Shown: positions 38,183 to 47,561 of the stretch, piece after piece
Position numbering within the stretch: the stretch's first letter is position 1
Layout of the letters: each line of letters opens with the position of its first letter
Assembly: GCA_018436925.1 (NCBI GenBank)
Contig: JAHDKI010000006.1
Span: forward strand, 68,692 to 132,691
Length of the DNA stretch: 64,000 bases
Source of the DNA: Syntrophaceae bacterium
GTDB lineage: Bacteria > Desulfobacterota > Syntrophia > Syntrophales > Smithellaceae
Direction: 5' to 3'
Made by a program: the position numbers and the translations under genes
Notes under the pieces: model-generated
The model's input: only the letters and a program-made list of their open reading frames with translations
Database searches by the model: none
Told to the model about the DNA's origin: nothing

Positions 38183-38983
38183 TTGGATATTTTTCAAGCG
38201 ATTATTCTGTCTATTGTCGAAGGGTTAACCGAGTTTCTGCCGATCTCCTCGACAGGCCATATGATTCTGGCCTCCTATATCATGAAGATTCACGACGACG
38301 CGTTTGTAAAAACGTTTCAGATCGCCATTCAGATCGGCGCCATCGCGGCCATCGTCATGCTCTATTACAAGCGCTTTATTCAGGGTGTCACCATCTACAT
38401 CAAACTGGGAATTGCCTTTATCCCCACCGCCATTGTGGGCTTTCTGGCCTATAAAACCATCAAAACCTATTTGTTCAACCCTTTGGGCGTGTCGCTGGCG
38501 CTCGTAATCGGCGGCGTGATTCTGATTGGCATTGACAAGTGGGTCGTCACCCGAAAAAGCCGCTACGTCGAGCTTGAAGAGATCTCCTTCAAGAACGCCT
38601 TTTTTATCGGGCTTGCGCAGTGCGTGTCGATGATCCCCGGCGTGTCGCGCGCCGCGGCGACGATTATCGGAGGCGTCGCCAATGGTTTGAATAAAAAGCA
38701 GGCCACCGAGTTTTCCTTTCTTCTGGCCGTCCCCACCATGTGCGCGGCGACCGGCTATGACTTGCTGAAGACCGACGCCACGTTGTCGTCGAATGAATTC
38801 TTGCTTCTTGCTGCGGGGTTTGTCGGCGCTTTTATCTCCGCGTGGGTAGCCGTTAAAATCTTTATCCGGTTTGTGGAAAACCACGGCTTTGCCGCGTTCG
38901 GGTATTACCGCATCGTCCTCGGAATTGTTTTTATTGTTTATATGCTGCTGAGCGGATCGGCCTCGCTTATCGACGCTCTTTAG
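38183..38983 (+). CDS. uppP: undecaprenyl-diphosphate phosphatase
   Basis: Shows EGLTEFLPISSTGH and PGVSRAAATI. TTG start with a G-rich SD. Confidence 0.9.
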   Translation: MDIFQAIILSIVEGLTEFLPISSTGHMILASYIMKIHDDAFVKTFQIAIQIGAIAAIVMLYYKRFIQGVTIYIKLGIAFIPTAIVGFLAYKTIKTYLFNPLGVSLALVIGGVILIGIDKWVVTRKSRYVELEEISFKNAFFIGLAQCVSMIPGVSRAAATIIGGVANGLNKKQATEFSFLLAVPTMCAATGYDLLKTDATLSSNEFLLLAAGFVGAFISAWVAVKIFIRFVENHGFAAFGYYRIVLGIVFIVYMLLSGSASLIDAL

Positions 38984-39025
38984 ATCATCCATTTCACAGA
39001 CACTGAAATACAGGAGGAACCTCTC

Positions 39026-39424
39026 ATGGTCAAAGTCACAAAAGACATTCAAGACTCTTTGAAAAGCACAAAAGTCGCCTACCTTGCAACGTCGGCCAAA
39101 GACGGCACGCCCAACGTGGTGCCGATCGGCGCGTTTAAATTTCTGGATGACGAAACCCTGCTGATCTCCGATCAGTTTTTCAAAAAGACCCTGCAAAACC
39201 TTCAGGAAAACCCTAAAATCGCTTTGACCTGGTGGGGAGAAAAGGGCGGCTTTCAAATCAAAGCCGACGTAACCCTTCACACGGATGATGACATTTTCCG
39301 TGAGGATGTCGCGTGGGTTAAAAGCATCAAAGAAACACTCGAGCCCAAATCGGCCGTCGTCGGCAAAATCACAGCCGTTTATCTCGTCAAAAGCGGCCCC
39401 GACGCCGGTAAACAGATCCTTTAA
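39026..39424 (+). CDS. pyridoxamine 5'-phosphate oxidase-like FMN-binding split-barrel protein
   Basis: Shows AYLATSAKDGTPNVVPIG..KF.DD and the general split-barrel pattern. AGGAGG RBS. Confidence 0.7.
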   Translation: MVKVTKDIQDSLKSTKVAYLATSAKDGTPNVVPIGAFKFLDDETLLISDQFFKKTLQNLQENPKIALTWWGEKGGFQIKADVTLHTDDDIFREDVAWVKSIKETLEPKSAVVGKITAVYLVKSGPDAGKQIL

Positions 39425-39494
39425 ATGACCAGGCGGCAACGGATTTGTCTTTGCCCGAGTTGCCGCAATAAGGTTTGGAAATAGAATCAGGAGT

Positions 39495-39944
39495 ATGAAA
39501 ATGGCTGAGGAACACAAGACGGATGAAGAAATCAAAAAAGAAATGATCGATCTTCTGATGGAAAAGATTACGGGAGGTCTGTCCGAAAAGGTGGTCGATT
39601 ACGGCACCCACCCGCGCAATTACGGCGCTATTGAAAAACCCGACGGCCACGCCAAGATCAAAGGCCCCTGCGGCGATACGATGGAAATGTATCTCAAAAT
39701 TCAAAACGATAAAGTTGTCGATATTGCCTATACGACGGACGGCTGCATGACCTCTCATGCGGCCGGAACCGCCGCCACGGTGATGGCCAAAGGCAAGCCT
39801 GTGCGGGAGTGCCTGAGGATCAATCAAAGCTCCATTTTAGAGCACCTGGGGGGCATGCCCGAAGATTCGCAGCACTGCGCGTTACTTGCCGCCAACACGT
39901 TTCACAAAGCGCTGCGGGACTATGCCGTCGGAAAGAAGAAATAA
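39495..39944 (+). CDS. IscU/NifU N-terminal-domain-like Fe-S scaffold protein
   Basis: Shows HPRNYG, GPCGDTM, TDGCMTS and SQHCALLA, the three conserved Cys of the U-type scaffold. The ATG at 39501 has better SD spacing. Confidence 0.8.
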   Translation: MKMAEEHKTDEEIKKEMIDLLMEKITGGLSEKVVDYGTHPRNYGAIEKPDGHAKIKGPCGDTMEMYLKIQNDKVVDIAYTTDGCMTSHAAGTAATVMAKGKPVRECLRINQSSILEHLGGMPEDSQHCALLAANTFHKALRDYAVGKKK

Positions 39945-39945
39945 G

Positions 39946-40698
39946 ATGCCGACGAAAAACGCGCCGTCAAACGATGCCCCGCTGATCACCGTCATTTGCG
40001 ACAACTATACGACACGCGATGACCTGGAGGCGTCGTGGGGCTTTGCCTGTCTGATCGCACTGGGGGATAAAAACATTCTTTTCGACACGGGCAGCGACGG
40101 ACCGGTCTTGCGGCATAACATGGAAATACTGGATATCGATCCGGGCTCGATCGACCTGCTGATGATTTCGCATCAGCACTGGGATCATGTAGGCGGCATC
40201 TACGAAATATCAAGCGCCAGGCGCGATCTGCCAGTGTATGTCCCGCATTCTTTTTCCGTCCATTTTCAAGACGACATGAAACGATACGGGGCGAACATCA
40301 TTGATATCGACAGGGCGCACGAGATTTTACCGGGGCTTTTCACCACCGGGGAGATGCAAGGCCTGATGCCGGAACAGTCGGCCCTTTTGCGGACGGACGC
40401 GGGAACGATCGTCATGACCGGCTGCGCGCATCCGGGCATTGTCCGGATCGTGGAAGCCGCCAAAAAAATCCTTCCCGAAGACGAGATCGCGCTTGTGATG
40501 GGCGGGTTTCATCTGCTTGACGACAGCGACCGTAAGATTCTGGAGATCATCGGGCAGTTTAAATCCCTGGGAGTTCGCTATGCCGCCGCCTCTCATTGCA
40601 GTGGAGAAATAGCCAGAGAACTTTTCGCCCGCGAATACAAAGACCATTTCATCGCCCTGGGCGCGGGAACCGCGATTTCGCGCGCCGATCTGAAATAG
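39946..40698 (+). CDS. MBL-fold metallo-hydrolase (COG1237-like), paralog of 9030-9986
   Basis: Shows ISHQHWDHVGG, TGCAHPG and GGFHL. Confidence 0.8.
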   Translation: MPTKNAPSNDAPLITVICDNYTTRDDLEASWGFACLIALGDKNILFDTGSDGPVLRHNMEILDIDPGSIDLLMISHQHWDHVGGIYEISSARRDLPVYVPHSFSVHFQDDMKRYGANIIDIDRAHEILPGLFTTGEMQGLMPEQSALLRTDAGTIVMTGCAHPGIVRIVEAAKKILPEDEIALVMGGFHLLDDSDRKILEIIGQFKSLGVRYAAASHCSGEIARELFAREYKDHFIALGAGTAISRADLK

Positions 40699-40774
40699 GT
40701 GTTATTGCCTTGCGCCGGTACTTTTGTCATGGCGCCGGTCGTCTTGTTTAGACATAAGAAACGGGGGGGAAAAG

Positions 40775-41191
40775 ATGGTTGTTCAACCTTGCGAAATTCA
40801 CCACGTCGTCATGGGGGCGGATCTGAATCACCACGGCACCCTATTTGCCGGTCAAGGCGCTAAGTGGTTTATCGAAGCGGGTTTTATCGCCGCAGCCAAC
40901 ATGACCAAGCCGGAAAGTATCGTTTGCGTTAACGTCCACGGCATGAGGTTTCGTCGGCCCGCTCCGGCCGGAACCGTGATCCGCTTCGTAAGCCGGGTTG
41001 TCCTGACCGGCCAGACGCGAATCGTCTGCTTCGTCAGGGCCACCATCAGCAAAAACGAACAGCTGCTCGTGGAAGGGTTCCTAACGTTTGTTCATGTCGA
41101 TCATGAAGGGCGTCCTATTCCGCACGGCATCACGGTTGAAGCCGTAACGCCTGAGGATCTGCTCCTGCAGAAACAGGCGCAAGCTCTGTAA
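40775..41191 (+). CDS. acyl-CoA thioesterase (hotdog fold, YciA-like)
   Basis: Shows VMGADLNHHGTLFAGQGAKW. 138 aa. A G-rich SD precedes the ATG at 40775. Confidence 0.7.
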   Translation: MVVQPCEIHHVVMGADLNHHGTLFAGQGAKWFIEAGFIAAANMTKPESIVCVNVHGMRFRRPAPAGTVIRFVSRVVLTGQTRIVCFVRATISKNEQLLVEGFLTFVHVDHEGRPIPHGITVEAVTPEDLLLQKQAQAL

Positions 41192-41318
41192 AGATCCTTT
41201 CGACTCCGCTCCCCGCAGTTGATGACGGTTCAAACGCCCATGACACAGGCGGCGTCATCGGGCTTGAAGATATTCATGATCGTTATGACCGCGACCGCGG
41301 TCAGCAACCGCTTGTCCC

Positions 41319-41504
41319 TCACGTAAATCCACCTCCGAATGAGCCGGCGGTCGAAGATGACTTGGCGGCAAAGACAGAGAGTTGTTTTTCCGTGTTTCTC
41401 CCGCCGCAATGCGGGCAGTTTTGTGTCTGGTCGGCCTGGGAAATAGAAATCAGACATTCAAAAAGCTTATTGCAGTCTTTGCAGCGATATTCATAAAAAG
41501 GCAT
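41319..41504 (-). CDS. FmdB-family zinc-ribbon protein
   Basis: MPFYEYRCKDCN...CPHCGG. AAGGAAA SD upstream. The track ORF's upstream extension is not supported. Confidence 0.7.
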   Translation of the reverse strand: MPFYEYRCKDCNKLFECLISISQADQTQNCPHCGGRNTEKQLSVFAAKSSSTAGSFGGGFT

Positions 41505-41669
41505 AAGATAATTTTCCTTTCCAAATAGCTTTGTTTTTAAGTTAAGCCCTACGGAACTCTCCGTCAAGAAACAAAGCGCTGCATGTAATTTGTCCGTGCT
41601 CTTTTTTTCGCCGGCCTGGCGTGACAACAGACTTAATTAATGCTCTGGCGCCGACCAGCATGATTTCGC

Positions 41670-42197
41670 TTAAGGTTTGTAACCGTCTATCCAGCCGTAC
41701 TCGGGCAGCGCGTGAAAACAGACGGGAATTGCGTTTAACCAATGTCCGTCCGACCCAATCTCCCATTTGGTGTATCGATCCATCGGCGGCGCCGTTTTAT
41801 CGATCCTGTATCCCAACGGGTGGTATCCGATATCGATTTCCTTGGCTTTTTTCCGAATCGAAAATTCCTTATCCAGAATCGCGACGATTTCTTCTTTTGT
41901 TTGAATGGCTGATGTCGATCGAACAACCTCACCTTCCCTGAAATAAATAATAAACGGAAGCCTTTTAAACGTTGCACATTCCGGCAGTCCCTTGATCCAA
42001 CGCGCCACTTGCGCATCGAAGTCCATTGTCCGAAAAGCGACAAACGGATATAGCGGCTCCAGTGCGCGCATACTTTCATACACCGGAATGCACATCGGCC
42101 CAATTCGACCGCAGCAAATCATGACAAAGGGTTTATTTTTAATCAGCGCTTTCGCCTCGCCCTGTGTGATCAACTCCTGGACTTCTGTTTCAAGCAT
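41670..42197 (-). CDS. thioredoxin-fold-like protein with extra C-terminal domain (hypothetical)
   Basis: Shows KPFVMICCGRIGPMCIPV and LPFIIYFREGE, which resemble a Trx fold. Strong GGAGGAGG SD. The function is unknown. Confidence 0.5.
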   Translation of the reverse strand: MLETEVQELITQGEAKALIKNKPFVMICCGRIGPMCIPVYESMRALEPLYPFVAFRTMDFDAQVARWIKGLPECATFKRLPFIIYFREGEVVRSTSAIQTKEEIVAILDKEFSIRKKAKEIDIGYHPLGYRIDKTAPPMDRYTKWEIGSDGHWLNAIPVCFHALPEYGWIDGYKP

Positions 42198-42221
42198 GAA
42201 TCCCCTCCTCCGGTTGCTTAA

Positions 42222-42758
42222 TCAGACATTTCTCCAATTTCCCCGGCTCTTTGCTCCACACCCGCCCCCGCCTCGACCCAACCCGATCCCCGAACCGCAT
42301 CCGCGCCTACCGCCCTTACCCCGGCGGTGATACGTTGAACGGGCAAAAAGGTTCAGCGTTCGATCCACAACGCCGGACGTCTGCGCCGGATGCGAACCGG
42401 AAGCGCGAGTGGCAAATGGCTCATGAAGCAAAGATTCAGCACTCGAAGAAACGCGTTCTTGCGAGGTCTTGTGTTTAAAAGAGAAAACCTCGCTTGACCG
42501 ATCTCTTGGTTCAGCACAAATGGCGCCATTCGGGCATTCATTTACACAAGCCCAACAACCGGCACAAAGTCCGGCGTCGATTTTTGCCGTTTCCTCGATA
42601 GTTATCGCCCCGACAGGACAGACATCAACACAAAGCCCGCACCCGGTGCATTTGCTTTCATCAACTTTAACAAGGACGGATCTCCCTTTCCGCATTTTCG
42701 TTTTATCCTTTCCTTTCAGAATGAGCGTTTCATCTCCTCCCGGCTCTACGATAATCAC
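42222..42758 (-). CDS. 2x[4Fe-4S] ferredoxin domain protein with Gly/Arg-rich C-terminal tail
   Basis: Shows CTGCGLCVDVCP and CAGCWACVNECP. The tail is RRGKGGRRGCGSGIGLGRGGGGCG. The GTG start overlaps the def stop by 1 nt. An alternative ATG lies at 42695. Confidence 0.7.
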   Translation of the reverse strand: MIIVEPGGDETLILKGKDKTKMRKGRSVLVKVDESKCTGCGLCVDVCPVGAITIEETAKIDAGLCAGCWACVNECPNGAICAEPRDRSSEVFSFKHKTSQERVSSSAESLLHEPFATRASGSHPAQTSGVVDRTLNLFARSTYHRRGKGGRRGCGSGIGLGRGGGGCGAKSRGNWRNV

Positions 42759-43258
42759 TAAAGATCGTTTTTGTTGCCGCTAACGGGCTCCAACGCATCG
42801 TCCGTTACCGGTTCACCGTAATCACAAATCAAAACGCCATTCAGGTGATCCATTTCGTGTTGTACAACGCGCGCCCACAGGCCGGTCAGATCATATTGCA
42901 TTCTGCGCCCCCGGACATCGAGCGCAGCAACATAAATCCGGTCGTGTCTTGTGACGTTGACATGCATGCCCGGCAGGCTCAGGCACCCTTCGACCATCTG
43001 CGTTTCTTTTCCGGTTTCGACTATGACCGGATTGACGAGCGCGAGCGTTTCGTTTTGAATGCGGCAAACAAATACTTGTCTGGCAAGGCCCGCCTGGGGA
43101 GCGGCCAGACCAATGCCTTCGCTTCGTCTCATGAGAGCGAACATCGCTTCGATCATATCTCGCAGCTCGGCGTCGAACTGTTCCACGGGTTTGCAGATTT
43201 GCCGCAAAACCTCCGCCGGATAGACTTGCAAATCCAGTGTCGCATCGGAGGTCTTCAT
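42758..43258 (-). CDS. def: peptide deformylase
   Basis: GIGLAAPQ, EGCLSLPG and HEMDHL motifs. Confidence 0.9.
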   Translation of the reverse strand: MKTSDATLDLQVYPAEVLRQICKPVEQFDAELRDMIEAMFALMRRSEGIGLAAPQAGLARQVFVCRIQNETLALVNPVIVETGKETQMVEGCLSLPGMHVNVTRHDRIYVAALDVRGRRMQYDLTGLWARVVQHEMDHLNGVLICDYGEPVTDDALEPVSGNKNDL

Positions 43259-43430
43259 GATGGTTTCCCCCTTTGTTTATGGCGCCTGGCCTTTCCTGCC
43301 GTGCGGGTTGGAACAAGGGGGCATGCCTTCCGGTCGACTGGCTGCACTCCCCCTTTTTTAGAAAATGTGCCTGACCTTTAAGTCTTTGCACGCCGGTGAA
43401 GTTTCAAACTCGCCAGAAAGCGAGCATTGA

Positions 43431-43793
43431 CTATTTCTCTGTTTTTTCCTTTTCCAAATCGGCCAGACGCTTTTGAATGCCGCCCAGCGCGTCTTCAAAA
43501 TACTTCGCCTGACCGCGAAGCGCGTCGATCTCCTGCTCGCGTGTCGGCGCCTCCCAGTTAGGCGCAACCGGTGGGGCATAAGCGTAACCGGCGTAAGGCG
43601 CCGCGAAGCGTCCGCCCCCGGGGCCGCGTCCTCCCCGGAATCCCAGTCCCAGGCCTCGGCCGAATCCAAATCCTCTGCCAAAGCCGCCGACCGGATTGAC
43701 AAATCCGGGCGTTGCATATCCCGCGCAATAACCCGCGGCTCGTCCTGTCATCGGTCCCAGTCCCGCTGGACCTGTTCGATCTCCTCTTGGCAT
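43431..43793 (-). CDS. DUF5320-like protein (Gly/Arg-rich N-half, coiled-coil C-half)
   Basis: MPRGDRTGPAGLGPMTGRAAGYCAGY is the family-typical N-terminus. It is followed by GFGRGFGFGRGLGLGFRGGRGPGGGR and then EIDALRGQAKYFEDALGGIQKRLADLE. Confidence 0.75.
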   Translation of the reverse strand: MPRGDRTGPAGLGPMTGRAAGYCAGYATPGFVNPVGGFGRGFGFGRGLGLGFRGGRGPGGGRFAAPYAGYAYAPPVAPNWEAPTREQEIDALRGQAKYFEDALGGIQKRLADLEKEKTEK

Positions 43794-43812
43794 ATGAACC
43801 TCCTTTTGTGTT

Positions 43813-44214
43813 TTATGGTCTTGATGCTCTGCCGCCGCGGAAACGCCGCCTGCGGCCCCGTCCTTTGCATCCCGGCATCCCGAAGGTATGGCTGATCGGC
43901 ATCCTCCTTAAGTAAGCCTCCAGCACCTGATGCGCATTGCCGGAGACAAATCCGGTGACTTCAATGCCGGACATTTCCAGCATCCTTGCAAAGTCCGTCG
44001 ATATCGCCCCGCAGATGACAACCTCAACCCCCCACTCGGATAATCTTGATGCGCGCGAATAGGGCAGTTCCGGCCCCAGGTTTTCCGTGCGGCTTGATGA
44101 TATTTCCCCGTCTTCAATATCCGCGATTAAAACGGTTCGAGCCGAATCGAAAACGGGTGCAATCAGGTCGCCCCAAACGGCCAGGGCAATGATTCGACGG
44201 TTTCCAGAACTCAT
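43813..44214 (-). CDS. NifB/NifX-family cofactor-binding domain protein with Arg/Gly-rich C-terminal tail
   Basis: Shows IALAVWGDLIAPVFDSA and GVEVVICGAIS. The tail is MPGCKGRGRRRRFRGGR. Paralog of the CDS at 1-392. Confidence 0.75.
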   Translation of the reverse strand: MSSGNRRIIALAVWGDLIAPVFDSARTVLIADIEDGEISSSRTENLGPELPYSRASRLSEWGVEVVICGAISTDFARMLEMSGIEVTGFVSGNAHQVLEAYLRRMPISHTFGMPGCKGRGRRRRFRGGRASRP

Positions 44215-44226
44215 GCTTATTAATTT

Positions 44227-44242
44227 AGCATTTTGCGTGCCA
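44227..44242 (-). promoter_or_regulatory. sigma-54 (-24/-12) promoter
   Basis: The minus strand reads TGGCAC-GCAAA-ATGCT (consensus TGGCAC-N5-TTGCW). It lies between the sigma-54 activator gene and the NifX-like gene. Confidence 0.6.
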
Positions 44243-44385
44243 GAAAAGATCTGCTTGCCGGGATGATAAATATTACAGATAGTACGAATGGTTACATGAT
44301 TGATGGGCGTAAAGTCCGTGTTTCTGATAATCCATAGTGTCGCATGCGTGCTACTCTATTGGTTAATTAAGTCGCAATAACGCGA

Positions 44386-45771
44386 CTATTTCATCACCTT
44401 TTTATCAGATCGTCCGTCAATGCGCGGTAACTCGATACCCAAACCTCTGACTTTCCGAAAAAACGTACTCTTGTGCATGCCCAATTCACGAGCGGCTGCC
44501 AGGCGGTTGCCCCGGTTTCGTTCCAGCGCGTCGAGAATCGCCCGCGCCTCCATTGATTTTATCGCCTCAGCCGGAACAAGCTGCGTTTTCTTTTCGCCAT
44601 TGCTTCCTTGCATCGCCTCGGGTAGGCAATACGGCGTAATGTGCCCTTCGCGACACAAAACAAACGCGTGTTCGATGGCGTTTTCCAGCTCCCGGATATT
44701 GCCCGGAAAGGAGTAGGCCAGAAGCAAAGCCAGCGCCTCAGGTGTCGGCCCCTTGAGATTCTTTTGACGCAGCACATTGTTTTTTCGGATGAAATGATCA
44801 ACCAGAAGCGGAATATCTTCCCTGCGTTCGCGAAGCGGCGGCAAAAAAAGATTCACGACGTTGATTCGGTAATATAAATCCTCGCGAAATGATCCGGCCG
44901 AAACCAGATCATGGAGATTTTTGTTGGTTGCGGCAATAAAGCGAACATCGGTTTTCTCTTCGCGGGTTGCGCCCAGCGGATGATAGACCTGATCCTGAAG
45001 GACGCGCAGCAGGCGGACCTGAAAGGCCGGGCTCACTTCGCCGATTTCGTCGAGAAACAGGCTGCCGTTTTTGGCCGATGCAAAAAGCCCCGCTTTGTCG
45101 CGCTTCGCGTCGGTGAAGGCGCCTTTTTTGTAACCGAAGAGTTCCGACTCCAGAAGCGTGTCGGGAAGCGCCGCGCAGTTGACCGCCACAAAGGAGTGCC
45201 TGCGTCGCGGGCTTAAATCATGGATGGCCCTGGCCAGAAGCTCTTTGCCCGTTCCCGTCTCGCCCGAGATCAACACCGACGAACCGCTTTCGGCAATCTG
45301 CGGCAGAATGCTGAATATTTTAAGCATCGCGGGGCTTGCGCTGATCATATCCCCCGCCTGGTGGCGCGCTTGAATCTCTTTTCGCAATTCTTCGACCAGG
45401 CTCATATCGCGGAAGGTCTCCACGCCGCCCAGAATCCGGCCTTCTTCATCGTGAAGGACCGATGTGCAGACCACCACGGGAATCCGCCGCCCTTCGTCGG
45501 TGACGATATACGTGGAGGTATCGAGCAGACTTTTTTTAAGCGCCATGGTTTTGCGTAGTGCGCAGTCTTCGCCGCACATGTTGGAGCGAAACACATCCCA
45601 ACAATGCCTGCCTATGGCTTCGCGCCGAGGCACACCCGTAATGACTTCCGCGGCGCGGTTAAACGACGTGATGCGCCACGCGTCATCGACGGTAAAAACG
45701 CCTTCGGACAGGCTGTCCAAAATGACATCCGTGACGCGACCGGAGGAAATATGACTGTTGCCTTTTGCCAT
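44386..45771 (-). CDS. sigma-54-dependent transcriptional activator (PAS - AAA+ - Fis HTH)
   Basis: PAS domain at the N-terminus, GETGTGKE Walker A, the GAFTDA (GAFTGA-like) loop and a C-terminal HTH ([15 protein letters not shown]). Confidence 0.9.
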   Translation of the reverse strand: MAKGNSHISSGRVTDVILDSLSEGVFTVDDAWRITSFNRAAEVITGVPRREAIGRHCWDVFRSNMCGEDCALRKTMALKKSLLDTSTYIVTDEGRRIPVVVCTSVLHDEEGRILGGVETFRDMSLVEELRKEIQARHQAGDMISASPAMLKIFSILPQIAESGSSVLISGETGTGKELLARAIHDLSPRRRHSFVAVNCAALPDTLLESELFGYKKGAFTDAKRDKAGLFASAKNGSLFLDEIGEVSPAFQVRLLRVLQDQVYHPLGATREEKTDVRFIAATNKNLHDLVSAGSFREDLYYRINVVNLFLPPLRERREDIPLLVDHFIRKNNVLRQKNLKGPTPEALALLLAYSFPGNIRELENAIEHAFVLCREGHITPYCLPEAMQGSNGEKKTQLVPAEAIKSMEARAILDALERNRGNRLAAARELGMHKSTFFRKVRGLGIELPRIDGRSDKKVMK

Positions 45772-46105
45772 GACGTTTGAGTGTCCTGATACGGCTCTAT
45801 TTGATGTCAGCGATTTTTCTCATCATATACACACATCAGGCAATTGACAAGACCGACCTGGAGAATTTGCTTTGGGCTTCCCGTTATAATGAAAAAATAA
45901 TCTGCTTCAATTTTAGGGGCCTTTCCATGAATAACCACAACCAATTCATGAAACGCAAAGATCGCTGTTCAAGTCCGCTTTCCGCCCCGATCTTTCATGT
46001 TTCGTTTGTTTTTTTTCATTGGCGCCGGTCGAAAAAGAGATATAATGTCTGTGCAAAATCGTCCGGTTTAAACCCGCAACGGCAAATCATGACGGAGGTA
46101 AGGTT

Positions 46106-46585
46106 ATGGAAAAAACATGGCAGGAGGTTCTCGACCGGTTTACCTACGGCATTTATCTGGTGACGATTTCGACCGCGGAAGGCCCGAACGGCATGATCGC
46201 ATCGTGGGTGACCCAGTGCTCGCATGAGCCGCCGCGGTTGGCTCTGGCGATTCGCAAAAGCCGGCTGTCGCACGCGCAGATCTCGGAGACAAAGGCATTC
46301 TGCCTAAACGTCCTGCCGCGCGAGTTGGCCGGGACGATTAAAAGCTTTAAAATCGCGGATTGGAAAAATAAATTTCATTCAGCCGGACACACCCCCTCTA
46401 AAAGCGGTCTGCCTGTGTTAGACGATTGCATTGGTTATCTGGATTGTGTGGTGGATCAAACTGTTGACGCCGGAGATCACACCCTCTTTATCGGACGGAT
46501 TATCTCAGGCGGCATGAAAAATCCCGCCAAAACCGAAACGCTCTCCACGTTCGATTATGACGGCGTGTATCGCGGCTCGGCATAA
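46106..46585 (+). CDS. flavin reductase-like FMN-binding domain protein
   Basis: Shows YGIYLVT...GMIASWVTQCSHEPP and GDHTLFIGRI. Confidence 0.8.
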   Translation: MEKTWQEVLDRFTYGIYLVTISTAEGPNGMIASWVTQCSHEPPRLALAIRKSRLSHAQISETKAFCLNVLPRELAGTIKSFKIADWKNKFHSAGHTPSKSGLPVLDDCIGYLDCVVDQTVDAGDHTLFIGRIISGGMKNPAKTETLSTFDYDGVYRGSA

Positions 46586-46651
46586 AGAAGCCGTTTCCTG
46601 TTGGAAACGGCTTCTTAAGATAAACTTTTTTCGCTTCGTTAAGGTCGTCTT

Positions 46652-47533
46652 TTACTTCTTCGACGGAATCACCGTTGGATAGTAAATTGGCTCTCCATAT
46701 TCTTTCACGCCGAATTCGGCAATGATCTTCTGCCCCTCTTCGCCGGTCAGGAACTCGTAGAATTTCTCCGCCAGACCCTGATTGTACTTCAGGTGAGGAT
46801 GCTTCTCGGTATTGACCAGGCACATTTCATATTCGTTGGGGGGGCCTTTGACCAGAAGCTTCAAGCCTTTCGTCTTGGCTTTGTGCAGCGCCCACGTGGA
46901 GGAATCCAGCATATGATACTGTCCGTTTTTGTCTGCATCCAGCAATGACGCGAGCATAAACTTTTTGCTGACCTGGTACCAAGGCTGCCCTTCAGGATTC
47001 ACGCCCAGATCCTGCCAGGTCTTGCGTTCCAGAATATCCATACCGCCGCCGTCGCCCCGCGAAAGGTATGGCGCTTTGGCCTCGTGAATTCGCTTCTGAA
47101 CGTCTTTAATACTGGTCAGTCCTTCAATCTTCGCTGGATCTTCGGCCGGACCGACCACTACCGTAAAATTATGCATGAGGTCGGTCCGCCGGGCCGCATA
47201 GCCTTCCTTTGCAAAACGCGCCGTAGCGGCTCTTTCATGCCCCATCGTAATGTGGGTAAGTCCATGCCTGCCGAGATCCAGACCGGGGCCAGTCGGCGTT
47301 TTGATACACCGGATGACGCCGCCGTGCTTTTTCTGGAAGGCTTTGGCCAATTCATCCACCAGGCCGAGTTCATAAGGACTACCGGTAGCAATCACAATCT
47401 GCTTGTATTCCGCCGGGACGACATTGGTCGAATTGACCGCACACCCGGCGGCAAGCAAACACCACACCGTTAACACAACCGCTGCAATCAGCGTGCGACT
47501 CCGCTTGACACTGCTCAATTTGAACATAAACAA
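46652..47533 (-). CDS. TupA-family (PBP_like_2) periplasmic oxyanion-binding lipoprotein, divergent anion-binding motif
   Basis: Lipobox LLAAGC. Shows LSRGDGGGM and VNTEKHPHLKYNQGLAEKFYEFLTGEEGQKII, resembling TupA. The N-terminal motif reads ATGSPYE rather than the Thr/Ser-rich TupA motif. Confidence 0.65.
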   Translation of the reverse strand: MFMFKLSSVKRSRTLIAAVVLTVWCLLAAGCAVNSTNVVPAEYKQIVIATGSPYELGLVDELAKAFQKKHGGVIRCIKTPTGPGLDLGRHGLTHITMGHERAATARFAKEGYAARRTDLMHNFTVVVGPAEDPAKIEGLTSIKDVQKRIHEAKAPYLSRGDGGGMDILERKTWQDLGVNPEGQPWYQVSKKFMLASLLDADKNGQYHMLDSSTWALHKAKTKGLKLLVKGPPNEYEMCLVNTEKHPHLKYNQGLAEKFYEFLTGEEGQKIIAEFGVKEYGEPIYYPTVIPSKK

Positions 47534-47561
47534 CCTCTCTTCAATTGAAATTTATTCTTTT

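Noticed and set aside
42198-42224. The TGA stop of the ferredoxin gene (42222-42224, minus strand) is in frame with the downstream thioredoxin-fold ORF. This raised the possibility of a third Sec read-through fusion.
   Set aside because: The 24-nt spacer encodes a strong GGAGGAGG Shine-Dalgarno sequence at the correct distance from the downstream ATG. No Cys/Sec active-site context surrounds the TGA and no SECIS-like hairpin follows it. Being in frame has a one-in-three chance expectation.
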